Shown: positions 47,989 to 57,197, numbered from the stretch's first letter. The stretch is 64,000 bases of DNA from an uncultured Sphingobium sp. (GCA_964529225.1 CAZGVX010000001.1:74020-138019), one strand, 5' to 3'. Notes: generated by a model from the letters alone, not told the origin. Made by a program: numbers and translations.

Positions 47989-49599
47989 ATGGCACCCTGG
48001 GACTGGCTGGAGACGCCCGCGCCGCACCAGCGCGGCTTCGCGCAAGCGGGCCTGTGGGACGAGCGCACAATTGCCGATCAGGCGATCATGCTCGCCAGCC
48101 AGGAGCCGGATGTGACGCTCTATCTGGACGGATCGACGCGGATGACGCGGGGTGATCTGGTTGCCGATGCCGAAGCTCTGGCGGCGGCGCTTCACGCACG
48201 CGGCCTTCGCCCCGGCGACGTCGTCGGCTTCCAGATGCCGAACTGGCATGAGGCTGCGGTCGTGAACCTGGCCGCCGCGATGGCGGGCCTCGTCGTCAAC
48301 CCGATCGTCCCGATATACCGCGATCACGAGGTGACGCTGATGCTGCGCGATTGCGGCGCGCGCGCCCTGTTTGTCGCGGCGCGCTTCCGCAACTATGATT
48401 TCGCGGGGATGGCAGCCCGCATCCGCAGGGATCTGCCCCAGCTTGCTCATGTCTTCACCGTGCGCGGCGCAGGGGAAGACGATTTTGCGGCGCTGATCGC
48501 GGAGGGCAGGGGCAGGGTGTTCAGCCGGCCCAACGTCGATCCGCTTGGCGTCAAGATGGTTCTCTACACCTCCGGCACCACGGGTCGGCCCAAGGGCGTC
48601 CTGCACAGCCATGTCACGATCCAGCGCATCCTGAGCGAGAGCGCGCGGCACTGGCGGCTGGCCCCGGGCGAGGGGACGCTGATGCCATCGCCAGTCACGC
48701 ACATCTCCGGCTATGCCAATGGCCTGGAGGCGCCGATCATCTGCCGGGTCTTCTCGGTATTGATGGAAAGTTGGGACGCGGCGAGCGCGCTGGCGCTGAT
48801 CGACCGCCACAGCCTCGTGGGCACGGTTGCGGCGACGCCTTTTCTCGTCGAGCTGGCGGCAGCCGCTCGTGCGGCAGGCAATGGCCTGCCGGCTTTCCGC
48901 TTCTTTGCGTGCGGGGGCGCGGCCGTGCCTGCCGACCTCATCCCGTCCGCCAATGCCGCGTTCGACCATTGCCGCGCCTTTCGCGTGTTCGGCGCGTCGG
49001 AGGTGCCGCTCGTCACCTTCGGCTGGCCGGATGATGAGCGGCTGGCCGCAACGACCGACGGCCAGATCGTCGATTATGACGTGCGGATTGTCGACGGCGA
49101 CGAGCGCGACGTGCCGGACGGGCAGGAGGGCGAGATACTGGCGCGTGGGCCGGGCATGATGATCGGCTATGCGGACGCGGCGCAGACGGCGGAGGCGATC
49201 ACGTCCGACGGTTATTTCCGTACCGGCGACCTCGGCGTGCGGACGACGGACGGGGCGCTGACCATCACGGGCCGCAAGAAAGACCTCATCATCCGGGGCG
49301 GCGAGAATATCTCCGCCAAGGAGATAGAGGATGTGCTCCATCTCCATCCCGGCGTGGCCGAGGCGGCCGTTGTCGCCATGCCGCACGAACGGCTGGGCGA
49401 GGGCGTGTGCGCCTTTGTCATCGTGCGCGGCGATCCGCCCGACGCGGGCACGCTGGCGGCACATGTTGCGGCAAGCGGTCTTGCCCGGCAGAAAATCCCG
49501 GAACGCTTCGAATTCGTCCCGGAGTTTCCACGCACGGCCTCGGGCAAGGTCCGAAAGGATATGCTGCGCGACCGGATCAGGCAACTGCTCTCGGCCTGA
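47989..49599 (+). CDS. AMP-dependent acyl-CoA synthetase (cyclohexanecarboxylate-CoA ligase-like)
   Basis: YTSGTTGRPKG, FGASE, FRTGDLG, GRKKDLIIRGGENI, TASGK. Confidence 0.88.
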   Translation: MAPWDWLETPAPHQRGFAQAGLWDERTIADQAIMLASQEPDVTLYLDGSTRMTRGDLVADAEALAAALHARGLRPGDVVGFQMPNWHEAAVVNLAAAMAGLVVNPIVPIYRDHEVTLMLRDCGARALFVAARFRNYDFAGMAARIRRDLPQLAHVFTVRGAGEDDFAALIAEGRGRVFSRPNVDPLGVKMVLYTSGTTGRPKGVLHSHVTIQRILSESARHWRLAPGEGTLMPSPVTHISGYANGLEAPIICRVFSVLMESWDAASALALIDRHSLVGTVAATPFLVELAAAARAAGNGLPAFRFFACGGAAVPADLIPSANAAFDHCRAFRVFGASEVPLVTFGWPDDERLAATTDGQIVDYDVRIVDGDERDVPDGQEGEILARGPGMMIGYADAAQTAEAITSDGYFRTGDLGVRTTDGALTITGRKKDLIIRGGENISAKEIEDVLHLHPGVAEAAVVAMPHERLGEGVCAFVIVRGDPPDAGTLAAHVAASGLARQKIPERFEFVPEFPRTASGKVRKDMLRDRIRQLLSA

Positions 49600-49631
49600 G
49601 TGGGGCCGAAGCACGTATTGCCGCGCCCCAC
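49600..49631. terminator. Possible hairpin between convergent genes
   Basis: GTGGGGC...GCCCCAC arms. Confidence 0.3.
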
Positions 49632-49632
49632 G

Positions 49633-49971
49633 TCAGAGGGCGGCGGCGACCCCGATCAGCGCGCAGGCGGCGCTCAGCACGCCGATGCGCGCCCAGCTCG
49701 CCTGCTCGCCAAGGAACGTGACAGCCACCACGATCGTGGCAAGCGGCACCAGCGCCGCAAGGATCGGCATGACCAGCGACAGCGCCATGCCCCGCCGGAT
49801 CGCATCGGCGAGAAAGTAGAAGGAGACCACATAGATACCGAGGCAGGCGGCGGTCCAGACCGGATCGCGAAAGCCATTGGTCCTGACCAGCAGGGATGCG
49901 GCGCCGACCTGGGTGATGACGACGATCCCGATGGTCAGGATCAGGCGGAGCGAGAGCGCGCCAGCCATCAT
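49633..49971 (-). CDS. SMR/DMT-fold small membrane protein
   Basis: 112 aa, four hydrophobic segments, TNGF and Y..SF motifs align to EmrE; coupled to upstream SDR. Confidence 0.7.
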   Translation of the reverse strand: MMAGALSLRLILTIGIVVITQVGAASLLVRTNGFRDPVWTAACLGIYVVSFYFLADAIRRGMALSLVMPILAALVPLATIVVAVTFLGEQASWARIGVLSAACALIGVAAAL

Positions 49972-50777
49972 GCCGTCTCGCTCGCCCGGGCGACGCTTGC
50001 GGCGATTTCCGCCTTGCTGGGGTTGCGGCGCAGCGTCAGCCCCCCGTTTACCTGGAGATTTTCGCCGGTCATGAAGCATTCGTCGCTGGCAAGAAAGACG
50101 GCCGCCGCGGCGATGTCCTCGGCCGTGCCCCACCGGCCTAGCGGGTATCCGGGCCGGAATGCCTCGAACAGGCCGGGCACCGTCTTTGCGTCCGCCGTCA
50201 TGGGCGTGTCGGTGAGACCCGGCGAGATCGAATTGGCGCGAATACCCTCGGCGCCGAACTCATTGGCGATACAGCGGATGACATGGTCGATGCCCGCCTT
50301 CGTGCCCATATAGGCCGCGTGGTCTTCCAGCATGATCGTCGCCGTTGCGGAACTGATCGTGAGCAGCGACCCGCCGCGACCGCCGCGCGAGCGCGCCATC
50401 TTGCGCACCATCGCCTGAAAGAAGTGGAACGGGCCGATGAACTGGAGCGCGGTCATCTGGACCAGATCGTCATGATCCGTGTCGAGAAAGGGCTTGAGCA
50501 GACCCCAGCCACTTGCGTTCAGGGCAATGTCGATGCCGCCCAGCCGTTCGGCCGCCGCATCGGCCAGGGCGTCGACGCTTGCCTGATCGGTGAGGTCGCA
50601 GGCGTGCCAGGTGCAGCCATTCTGCCCGGCATAGTCGGCGAGGACATCCGCCTTGCGGCCCGACACCAGCACCTGCGCGCCCTCGTCGAGAAAACGGCGC
50701 GCGATGCACTGCCCCATATTGCCGGGGCTCGACGCGCCGATGATGATCGCGCGCTTGCCATCCAGTCGGCCCATCAT
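49968..50777 (-). CDS. SDR
   Basis: IGASSPGNMG, YMGTK, NSISPG. Confidence 0.87.
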   Translation of the reverse strand: MMGRLDGKRAIIIGASSPGNMGQCIARRFLDEGAQVLVSGRKADVLADYAGQNGCTWHACDLTDQASVDALADAAAERLGGIDIALNASGWGLLKPFLDTDHDDLVQMTALQFIGPFHFFQAMVRKMARSRGGRGGSLLTISSATATIMLEDHAAYMGTKAGIDHVIRCIANEFGAEGIRANSISPGLTDTPMTADAKTVPGLFEAFRPGYPLGRWGTAEDIAAAAVFLASDECFMTGENLQVNGGLTLRRNPSKAEIAASVARASETA

Positions 50778-50832
50778 TCTCTCCCCTTGTGGTCTGACGC
50801 TTTTGCTATCACGGGCCAGCATCGTGCATTTC

Positions 50833-50848
50833 CTGTCCAAAAGGGCAG
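50833..50848. promoter_or_regulatory. lux-box-like site CTGTCCAAAAGGGCAG
   Basis: Near-palindromic; 24 bp from minus-strand TAGCAA (50808-50803); between divergent SDRs. Confidence 0.6.
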
Positions 50849-50910
50849 TGGCTGGTGAGGGGGCCGGGCGGCACACATGGCTCAGAGCTGCGCGAACCGG
50901 GAGAGAATGC

Positions 50911-51672
50911 ATGGATTTGGGGCTGAGGGGCAAGAAGGTCATTCTGACCGGGGGCAGCCGCGGAATCGGGCGCGCAACGGCGGAGCTGTTCGCGGCGGAA
51001 GGTGCGGATATCGCCTTCTGCTCGCGCAACGCGGCGCAGGTTGCGGAGGCCGCAGCGGTGATGGCGGCGCATGGCGGCACTGTGATCGGTGAACCGTTCG
51101 ACATGGAAGCGGGGCACGATGCCTATCGCGCGTGGCTTGCCGCGGCGGCTGAAAAGCTCGGCGGCTGCGACATCTTCGTGCCGATGATCTCCACATCGGG
51201 CGCGGGGGCGACCGGCGACTGGCACAAGACGCTCGACTTCGACATCATGGGCGCGGTCATCGGCGTCGAGGTGCTGGAGACGCACCTTGAAAAGTCGGAT
51301 TGCGGATCGGTGGTCATCACCGCGTCGACGGCGGGCCTGGAAACGTTCATCGTCCCGCAGGGCTATAATGCGCTGAAGGGCGCGCTGATCGTCTATGCCG
51401 GGCAGCTCAGCCAGGCGCTCGGCCCCAAAGGCATCCGCGTCAATTGCGTCTCGCCCGGCCCGATCAAGTTCGCTGGCGGCAATTGGGAGGCTATTGAAGG
51501 CGTCATGCCGGAGCTTTATCACGCCACAGAGGCCGGTTTCGCGCTCGGGCGCTGGGGCGGGCCGGACGAAGTGGCGCGCGGCATTGTCTTTTTGGCGAGC
51601 CCGGCGTCCTCCTACACCACGGGGACCAACCTTGTCATCGACGGGGGCTACACCAAGCGCGTCCAGTTCTGA
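50911..51672 (+). CDS. SDR
   Basis: TGGSRGIG, YNALK, NCVSPG. Confidence 0.88.
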   Translation: MDLGLRGKKVILTGGSRGIGRATAELFAAEGADIAFCSRNAAQVAEAAAVMAAHGGTVIGEPFDMEAGHDAYRAWLAAAAEKLGGCDIFVPMISTSGAGATGDWHKTLDFDIMGAVIGVEVLETHLEKSDCGSVVITASTAGLETFIVPQGYNALKGALIVYAGQLSQALGPKGIRVNCVSPGPIKFAGGNWEAIEGVMPELYHATEAGFALGRWGGPDEVARGIVFLASPASSYTTGTNLVIDGGYTKRVQF

Positions 51673-51688
51673 CCGGGAGATCGCGGCC

Positions 51689-52183
51689 ATGGGTATCGGT
51701 GTTCAGGGCGTTCATCATATCGGCATCTCCGTGCCGGATCTCGCGAGGGCGCGGGCCTTTTTCGTCGATCTGCTGGGCGGCGTGGAGGAGGTCGCGCCGC
51801 TGAGCTGGCGCGATAATCCCTTCATCGACGCAGTCGTCGGCCTCAAGGACAGCGCCGCCGATCAGTTCATGTGCCGCCTCGGCAATACGCATATCGAGGT
51901 TTTCGAATTTCATCAGCCGCGCTCCGATCCGCAGGAGCCGGACCGGGGCGTCAATCGCTTCGGCTACACCCATTTCGCGCTGCAGGTGGATGACATCGCC
52001 GCGTGTCACGCGCGCCTGGTCGAGGCGGGCATCCGGGTGCACACGCCGCCCGATCTTTCGACGATCACCGTCGATGCCGACGGCCGCAAGCACGGCTATA
52101 GCGCGACCTATTGCCGGGACTGGTTCGGCAATGTTTTCGAAATCATGGAAATCCATGACACGGACGAGATCAAGCGGGTCTGA
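51689..52183 (+). CDS. VOC (glyoxalase) family protein
   Basis: HHIGISVPDL, IEVFEF, HFALQVDDI, GNVFEIME. Confidence 0.85.
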   Translation: MGIGVQGVHHIGISVPDLARARAFFVDLLGGVEEVAPLSWRDNPFIDAVVGLKDSAADQFMCRLGNTHIEVFEFHQPRSDPQEPDRGVNRFGYTHFALQVDDIAACHARLVEAGIRVHTPPDLSTITVDADGRKHGYSATYCRDWFGNVFEIMEIHDTDEIKRV

Positions 52184-52223
52184 TCCCCGCGTTGCCGCGG
52201 TGCGCTGTCATTTCTCACACCGC

Positions 52224-52239
52224 CTAGCCTAAACCATAG
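52224..52239. promoter_or_regulatory. lux-box-like site (minus CTATGGTTTAGGCTAG)
   Basis: CTR-N10-YAG core upstream of Rieske 4. Confidence 0.5.
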
Positions 52240-52274
52240 GGGGCCTTTCCCTCTCTCCTTGATCCTGGTCAAAT

Positions 52275-52300
52275 AAAATCCGGCAGCGATGCCGGATTTT
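52275..52300. other. Perfect 11-bp inverted repeat AAAATCCGGCA-GCGA-TGCCGGATTTT (terminator or operator)
   Basis: Directly read; 38 nt before Rieske 4 start. Confidence 0.6.
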
Positions 52301-52338
52301 GGCGCGAAGACAGGACAGGACAGGAGAGGGAGATTCAC

Positions 52339-53754
52339 GTGGCCGAGCATGATCCGGCAATCCGTCATCGTGTGGCGCGCTGCCCCGGCGCTGGCTGGGA
52401 AGACATTTTGGCGACCGACGATATTGCCCCACCCGCCTTCATGGCCAAGGAGCAATACCGCTATCTGGGCTCCGCGCCAATCGACGCTGGGCGCTACTAC
52501 GATCCTGCGTTCTTTCGCGCCGAGATCGAAAAGATGTGGCCAAACGTCTGGCAATTCGCCGCGCGCGAGGAGGATTTGCCGGAACCGGGCGACTATGTGA
52601 CCTATGACAATGCGGGGCGATCCTATCTGCTCGTGCGTCAGGCCGACGGCGCCATCAAGGCGTTTCACAATGTCTGCCTGCATCGCGGTCGCAAGCTGAA
52701 GACCGATTGCGGTAGCGCCGAGCAGTTCGTGTGCCCGTTTCACGGCTTTTCCTGGAACGGTGACGGGACAATCAATAACATTCCCTGCCGTTGGGACTTT
52801 GGCCATCTGAGCGACGAAATGCTGAACCTGCCGGAGGCGACTGTCGCCCGCTGGGGTGGCTACATCTTCGTGCGGGATAATGCCGAGGGACCGACGATCG
52901 AGGACTATCTCGCGCCGCTCCCGGCCTTTTTCACGCGCTGGCGCCACGAGGACTGCGTCACGGTCGCCTGGGTCGGCAAGGTGGTGAAGGCCAACTGGAA
53001 GATCACCATGGAAGCGTTCATGGAGAGCTATCACGCTTACGTGACCCATCCCCAGCTCATGCCGTTTACCGGCGACGCCAATGCCGCCTATCATGTGCTC
53101 GGCGAGCATGTGAACGTGAACTATACCCCGTTCGGGGTAATGTCGCCGCATGTCACGCGGCATGACCTCCCACAGCAATGGATCGTCGACGAGTTCGTCC
53201 AGTATAACGGGCGCTCTGCGGACAATTATGACCCCGAGAAGGATAGTTATAACATTAAGGTCGGGGCGGGCCTGACCGCGCGGCAGGCGCTTGGCCGCGC
53301 CATGCGCGAGACGTCCAGCCGGACATTTGGCGGCGATTACTCGCAGGTGTCCGAGGCGGAACTGCTCGACGCGCTGGTTTATAACGTGTTCCCCAATTTT
53401 GCACCGTGGGGCGGCTTTATGCCGAACATTGTTTACCGCTGGCGGCCATGGCCGGATCAGGACCATTGCCTGATGGAAGTGCGCGTCCTCGCGCGCGTGC
53501 CGGAAGGCCAGCCGCGTCCAGCTGGCGTGCCGATCCACATGCTGAGCGAGGCCGAGAACTGGGCCGACGCGCCGGAGCTTGGCGTGCTCGGCGCGGTCGT
53601 CGATCAGGACATGAGCAACATGGAGCTGACGCACGAGGGCTTGAAGCTTTCCAAAAATCAACGGGTGGAACTGGGGGACTATCAGGAAGTGCGTATCCGC
53701 CACTTCCACCAGACACTCGACCATTACCTCCAGACAGAGGATGCCCGCGCATGA
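52339..53754 (+). CDS. Rieske oxygenase alpha subunit 4
   Basis: CLHR...CPFHGF; EAFMESYH..TH; DQD. Confidence 0.92.
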   Translation: MAEHDPAIRHRVARCPGAGWEDILATDDIAPPAFMAKEQYRYLGSAPIDAGRYYDPAFFRAEIEKMWPNVWQFAAREEDLPEPGDYVTYDNAGRSYLLVRQADGAIKAFHNVCLHRGRKLKTDCGSAEQFVCPFHGFSWNGDGTINNIPCRWDFGHLSDEMLNLPEATVARWGGYIFVRDNAEGPTIEDYLAPLPAFFTRWRHEDCVTVAWVGKVVKANWKITMEAFMESYHAYVTHPQLMPFTGDANAAYHVLGEHVNVNYTPFGVMSPHVTRHDLPQQWIVDEFVQYNGRSADNYDPEKDSYNIKVGAGLTARQALGRAMRETSSRTFGGDYSQVSEAELLDALVYNVFPNFAPWGGFMPNIVYRWRPWPDQDHCLMEVRVLARVPEGQPRPAGVPIHMLSEAENWADAPELGVLGAVVDQDMSNMELTHEGLKLSKNQRVELGDYQEVRIRHFHQTLDHYLQTEDARA

Positions 53755-54935
53755 CCGACCTTTACAGAACCTATGGCGACGTCGCCGAACGGATGCTGCA
53801 TTTCGTGGAAACGCGAACGACGGATCAGGCGCCGGACGTGATGCGGGTGCCAGTCGCAGACTATCTCGACCCCGCCCGCTGGCAGCGCGAAATGGACCTG
53901 ATCTTCAGACGCCTGCCGCTGATGCTGGCGCTGACCATTGAGCTGCCCAAGCCCAACGACTACAAGGCGATGGACGTGTCGGGCCTGCCCGTGCTCATCA
54001 CGCGGGCAAAGGATGGCAAGGCCCGCGCTTTCCTCAATGTGTGCAAGCATCGCGCGATGCAGTTGACCGACAAGGGTCGAGGCAACTGCGCGGCCTTCTC
54101 CTGCCCCTATCACGGCTGGACATACGCCAATGACGGCCATCTGGTCGGTATCGCCGAAGCGGGCACGTTCGGGGCGGTCGACAAGGCGACGCTGAATCTG
54201 ACGGAGCTGCCCTGTGACGAGGCGGCCGGTATGATCTTTGTCATCCTGACGCCCGGCCTTGCTATCAATGCGGTCGCGTGGCTCGATGGCATGTATGAGG
54301 ATTTCGCCGCGCTAAAGCTGGAGAACTGGTATTTCCACAAACAGCGCACGATGGTCGGCGCGAACTGGAAAGTCGCTTACGACGGCTATCTGGAGGGCTA
54401 TCACTTTCAGGCTGCCCATACCAACACCGTCGCGACGCGCAGTCCCTCCAATCGGGCGAGTTACGAGGGTTTCGGCCCGCACATCCGGCTAGGCTTTCCG
54501 CAAAACTCGATCGCGCGCCTGCTGGATTTGCCGCGTGAAGAATGGGGCCTACAGGAAAATCGCGGCTATGACTTCATCCGCATGCTGTTTCCGAACTTCA
54601 GCTTCTTTCTCGCGCCGGAAATGGGCCAGCTCGCGCAGCTCTTTCCGGGACCGAAGCCGGATCAGAACGTCACGGTGATGAATTACATCTTCCCGACCAA
54701 GCCGGACACCGACGAAGCCTTGGAGACGCTCGACAAAATGTGCGACTTCTTCTTCGACGTCGTGGAGGAAGAAGACTATGGGCTTGGCCTCAAGGTCCAG
54801 AACGGTCTCGAATCCGGCGCCATGACGGACCAGCTGTTCGGTCGCAACGAACCGGGCAATCAGTTCTTCCACAAGTGGATCGCTTATTATCTCGATGAGA
54901 GCGGCCAGACGCCCCGACCCGTCATGAAGGGCTGA
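53751..54935 (+). CDS. Rieske oxygenase alpha subunit 5 (paralog of subunit 3)
   Basis: CKHR...CPYHGW; DGYLEGYH..AH; ATG 53751. Confidence 0.92.
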   Translation: MTDLYRTYGDVAERMLHFVETRTTDQAPDVMRVPVADYLDPARWQREMDLIFRRLPLMLALTIELPKPNDYKAMDVSGLPVLITRAKDGKARAFLNVCKHRAMQLTDKGRGNCAAFSCPYHGWTYANDGHLVGIAEAGTFGAVDKATLNLTELPCDEAAGMIFVILTPGLAINAVAWLDGMYEDFAALKLENWYFHKQRTMVGANWKVAYDGYLEGYHFQAAHTNTVATRSPSNRASYEGFGPHIRLGFPQNSIARLLDLPREEWGLQENRGYDFIRMLFPNFSFFLAPEMGQLAQLFPGPKPDQNVTVMNYIFPTKPDTDEALETLDKMCDFFFDVVEEEDYGLGLKVQNGLESGAMTDQLFGRNEPGNQFFHKWIAYYLDESGQTPRPVMKG

Positions 54936-55050
54936 GACGAGGTGGCGCGCCGTCCGCCCGCAGGCGTTCCGCCACCGCGGCGCCGATGCCGGATGCCGCT
55001 CCCGTGGCAATGGCGCGTCTGCCGGTCAGGCGCCCACTGGCCATGATCAT
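54922..55050 (-). pseudogene. Truncated SDR: only first ~35 codons remain
   Basis: MIMASGRLTGRRAIATGAASGIGAAVAERLRADGA, then unrelated codons and stop; ATGA-coupled to upstream reductase. Confidence 0.75.
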
Positions 55051-56063
55051 GCGATTCTGAGGACGAGTTTGCCCGTGTTCGCGCCGGAGAAAAGGCGCAT
55101 GAACGCCGGATAGGCGTTTTCCAGCCCGTCCTGCACATCCTCGTCGATGCGCAGGCGCCCCTCGGCGATCCAGCCGGCGACCGCCGCGCCGCCTTCGGCA
55201 AAGCGTGGAACATAGTCGGCGATGAGAAATCCCGTCATCGTCGCCCGCTTTACCAGCACCTGCCACAGGTTGCGCGCGCCCAGTTTTTCGGGCGCATTAT
55301 ATTCGCTGATGAGACCGCACAGAATGATACGCGCCCGCATGGCGAGGTTCATCAGCTCCGCGTCGAATACCGCGCCGCCGACATTTTCGAAGATGACATC
55401 AGCGCCGCCCGGCGCCGCCGCCCGGATCTCCTCCGCCAATGCGGCCTGCGACTTGCCCTTGTAGTCGATGGCCGCATCGAAACCATAGTCTGCGACCAGC
55501 CTGCGGCATTTTTCCGCACCGCCTGCGATGCCGATCACGCGGCAGCCCTTGATCTTGCCAATCTGGCCGACCACCGACCCGACCGCGCCCGCCGCGCCGG
55601 AGACGAGCAGCGTCTCGCCAGGCTGCGGCCTGCCGACCTCCAGCAGGCCAAAATAGGCGGTGAGGCCGACCGCGCCCATGGCCGACAGATAGCGGGACGG
55701 CGAGTCGACGAGGCCTATGTCAATCGGGCTGGTGAAGCCGCCGGGAACGGCAACCGAGTAATCCTCCAGCGCGTTGAGGCCGAGCACCCACTGGCCGGGC
55801 TGGAAATCGGGATTGTCGGAGCTGTGCACCACGCCCACCGTTGTTGCGCGGACGGGTTCTCCGAGCGGTATGGGCGGCATGTAGCTGGGCGCATCGTCCA
55901 TCCAGCCGCGCTGCGCCGGATCGAGCGAGGCATAGTGGTTGCGGATCACGAAACCGCCCGCCGGGGGTTCGGGAACCGCGTCGTCCACCAGTGCGAAGTC
56001 GTCGGGGACGGGCGTGCCGATCGGGCGGCGGACCAGCAGGAAGCGGCGGTTCAGTGCGCTCAT
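55047..56063 (-). CDS. NADP-dependent oxidoreductase (enone reductase family) 2
   Basis: YASLDPAQRGWM, VSGAAGAVGSVVGQ, FENVGG. Confidence 0.9.
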   Translation of the reverse strand: MSALNRRFLLVRRPIGTPVPDDFALVDDAVPEPPAGGFVIRNHYASLDPAQRGWMDDAPSYMPPIPLGEPVRATTVGVVHSSDNPDFQPGQWVLGLNALEDYSVAVPGGFTSPIDIGLVDSPSRYLSAMGAVGLTAYFGLLEVGRPQPGETLLVSGAAGAVGSVVGQIGKIKGCRVIGIAGGAEKCRRLVADYGFDAAIDYKGKSQAALAEEIRAAAPGGADVIFENVGGAVFDAELMNLAMRARIILCGLISEYNAPEKLGARNLWQVLVKRATMTGFLIADYVPRFAEGGAAVAGWIAEGRLRIDEDVQDGLENAYPAFMRLFSGANTGKLVLRIA

Positions 56064-57070
56064 GACTGCACCCGCACAATGGTCTTGCCGATATTGCCCC
56101 CGCGCAGCATCCGCGCATAGGCGGTCAGTACATTTTCCAGCCCGGCCGTTTCGTCGAACCGCATCGTCAGTTTCTCCTCGTCAAGCCACGCCTTGAGCTG
56201 CCGCTGCAGCTCCGGGCCACGTTCCAGAAAGTCCGGAATGAAAAAGCCTTGCACACGCAGCCGCCGCATCAGGATCTGATCGAACCGCGCGGGGCCGGGC
56301 ATCGGCTGGCCACTGTCATAGCCCGCAACGAGCCCGCAGATCGCGATCCGGCCATAGTGCGCCATGTTCGGCAGCATGGCATCGAGCAGCGGTCCGCCGA
56401 CATTGTCGAAATAGACGTTCACGCCGCCGCCGATCGTCGCCAGCCGCGCGGCGACATCCTCGCCCCGATAGTCGATGGCCATCTCGACGCCGAGGGCGTC
56501 GCGCAGATAGGCGCACTTTTCCGGTCCGCCCGCGATTCCGATGACGCGGGCACCGAGGTTGCGGCCGATCTGGCATGCAAGGCTGCCGGTCGCTCCGGCC
56601 GCTGCGGATACGGCGAGCCACTCGCCGGGCTTGACCGCACCCACCTCCGCGACGCCCACCAGCGCCGTCCAGCCGTTCATCCCCAGCGCGCCGAAATGCT
56701 GTCGGACGTCAGCGACGCTTTCATCGACGACCGCTAGACCTGACAGGTCGGGCAGCATCGTCGAATAGTCCGCCCATTGGCCGAAGCCTCGCACGAGCGT
56801 CCCGGTTTCGAACCGGGGATCGCGGCTTTCGACGATGCGGCCCAGCGCCAGCCCGACCATCTTCGATCCAAGAGGCAGCGGCGGCTGATAACCGTCGGTG
56901 CGCGGGGTCATCCACATGCGCGTGCCAGCGTCCATGGAGAGCCAGTCCGCCTTGACCCGGACCTCGCCAGGGTCGAGCGGCGGCATGTCCTCTTCGCACA
57001 GGCTCAACGAGTCAGCAAAATCGTTGCCGACAGGGTGAGCGTCAAGCCGCCAGAATCGGTTTATGGGCAT
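56060..57070 (-). CDS. NADP-dependent oxidoreductase (enone reductase family) 3
   Basis: LSMDAGTRMWM, VSAAAGATG, YFDNVGG. Confidence 0.9.
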   Translation of the reverse strand: MPINRFWRLDAHPVGNDFADSLSLCEEDMPPLDPGEVRVKADWLSMDAGTRMWMTPRTDGYQPPLPLGSKMVGLALGRIVESRDPRFETGTLVRGFGQWADYSTMLPDLSGLAVVDESVADVRQHFGALGMNGWTALVGVAEVGAVKPGEWLAVSAAAGATGSLACQIGRNLGARVIGIAGGPEKCAYLRDALGVEMAIDYRGEDVAARLATIGGGVNVYFDNVGGPLLDAMLPNMAHYGRIAICGLVAGYDSGQPMPGPARFDQILMRRLRVQGFFIPDFLERGPELQRQLKAWLDEEKLTMRFDETAGLENVLTAYARMLRGGNIGKTIVRVQS

Positions 57071-57133
57071 GCGCTCCTATTCCTGTATCTGCGCCATATC
57101 CTCTGACAACACCAGCAGCGCCAGCGTCAGGCG

Positions 57134-57173
57134 GAAAAAGGGCTGCCCGCCCCGGGATGACCGGGGCGGGCAG
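57134..57173 (-). terminator. Terminator-like hairpin after TBDR2
   Basis: 13-bp perfect stem 57143-57155/57161-57173, then CCCTTTTT on minus strand. Confidence 0.65.
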
Positions 57174-57197
57174 GGATATGGCAGGTGCCGTTCAGCG

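Noticed and set aside
52229-52260. Minus-strand SD-like AAGGAGAGAGGG followed by ATG GTT TAG
   Set aside because: Two-codon ORF overlapping the lux-like box; cannot be supported as a gene or remnant
52310-52325. ACAGG x3 as CsrA/RsmA sites
   Set aside because: No csrA evidence and the system is uncommon in this class; may be a simple microrepeat
57103-57118. CTG-N10-CAG upstream of reductase 3
   Set aside because: Centre not T-rich, and class II spacing would put the start site past the ATG; left out of the regulon list
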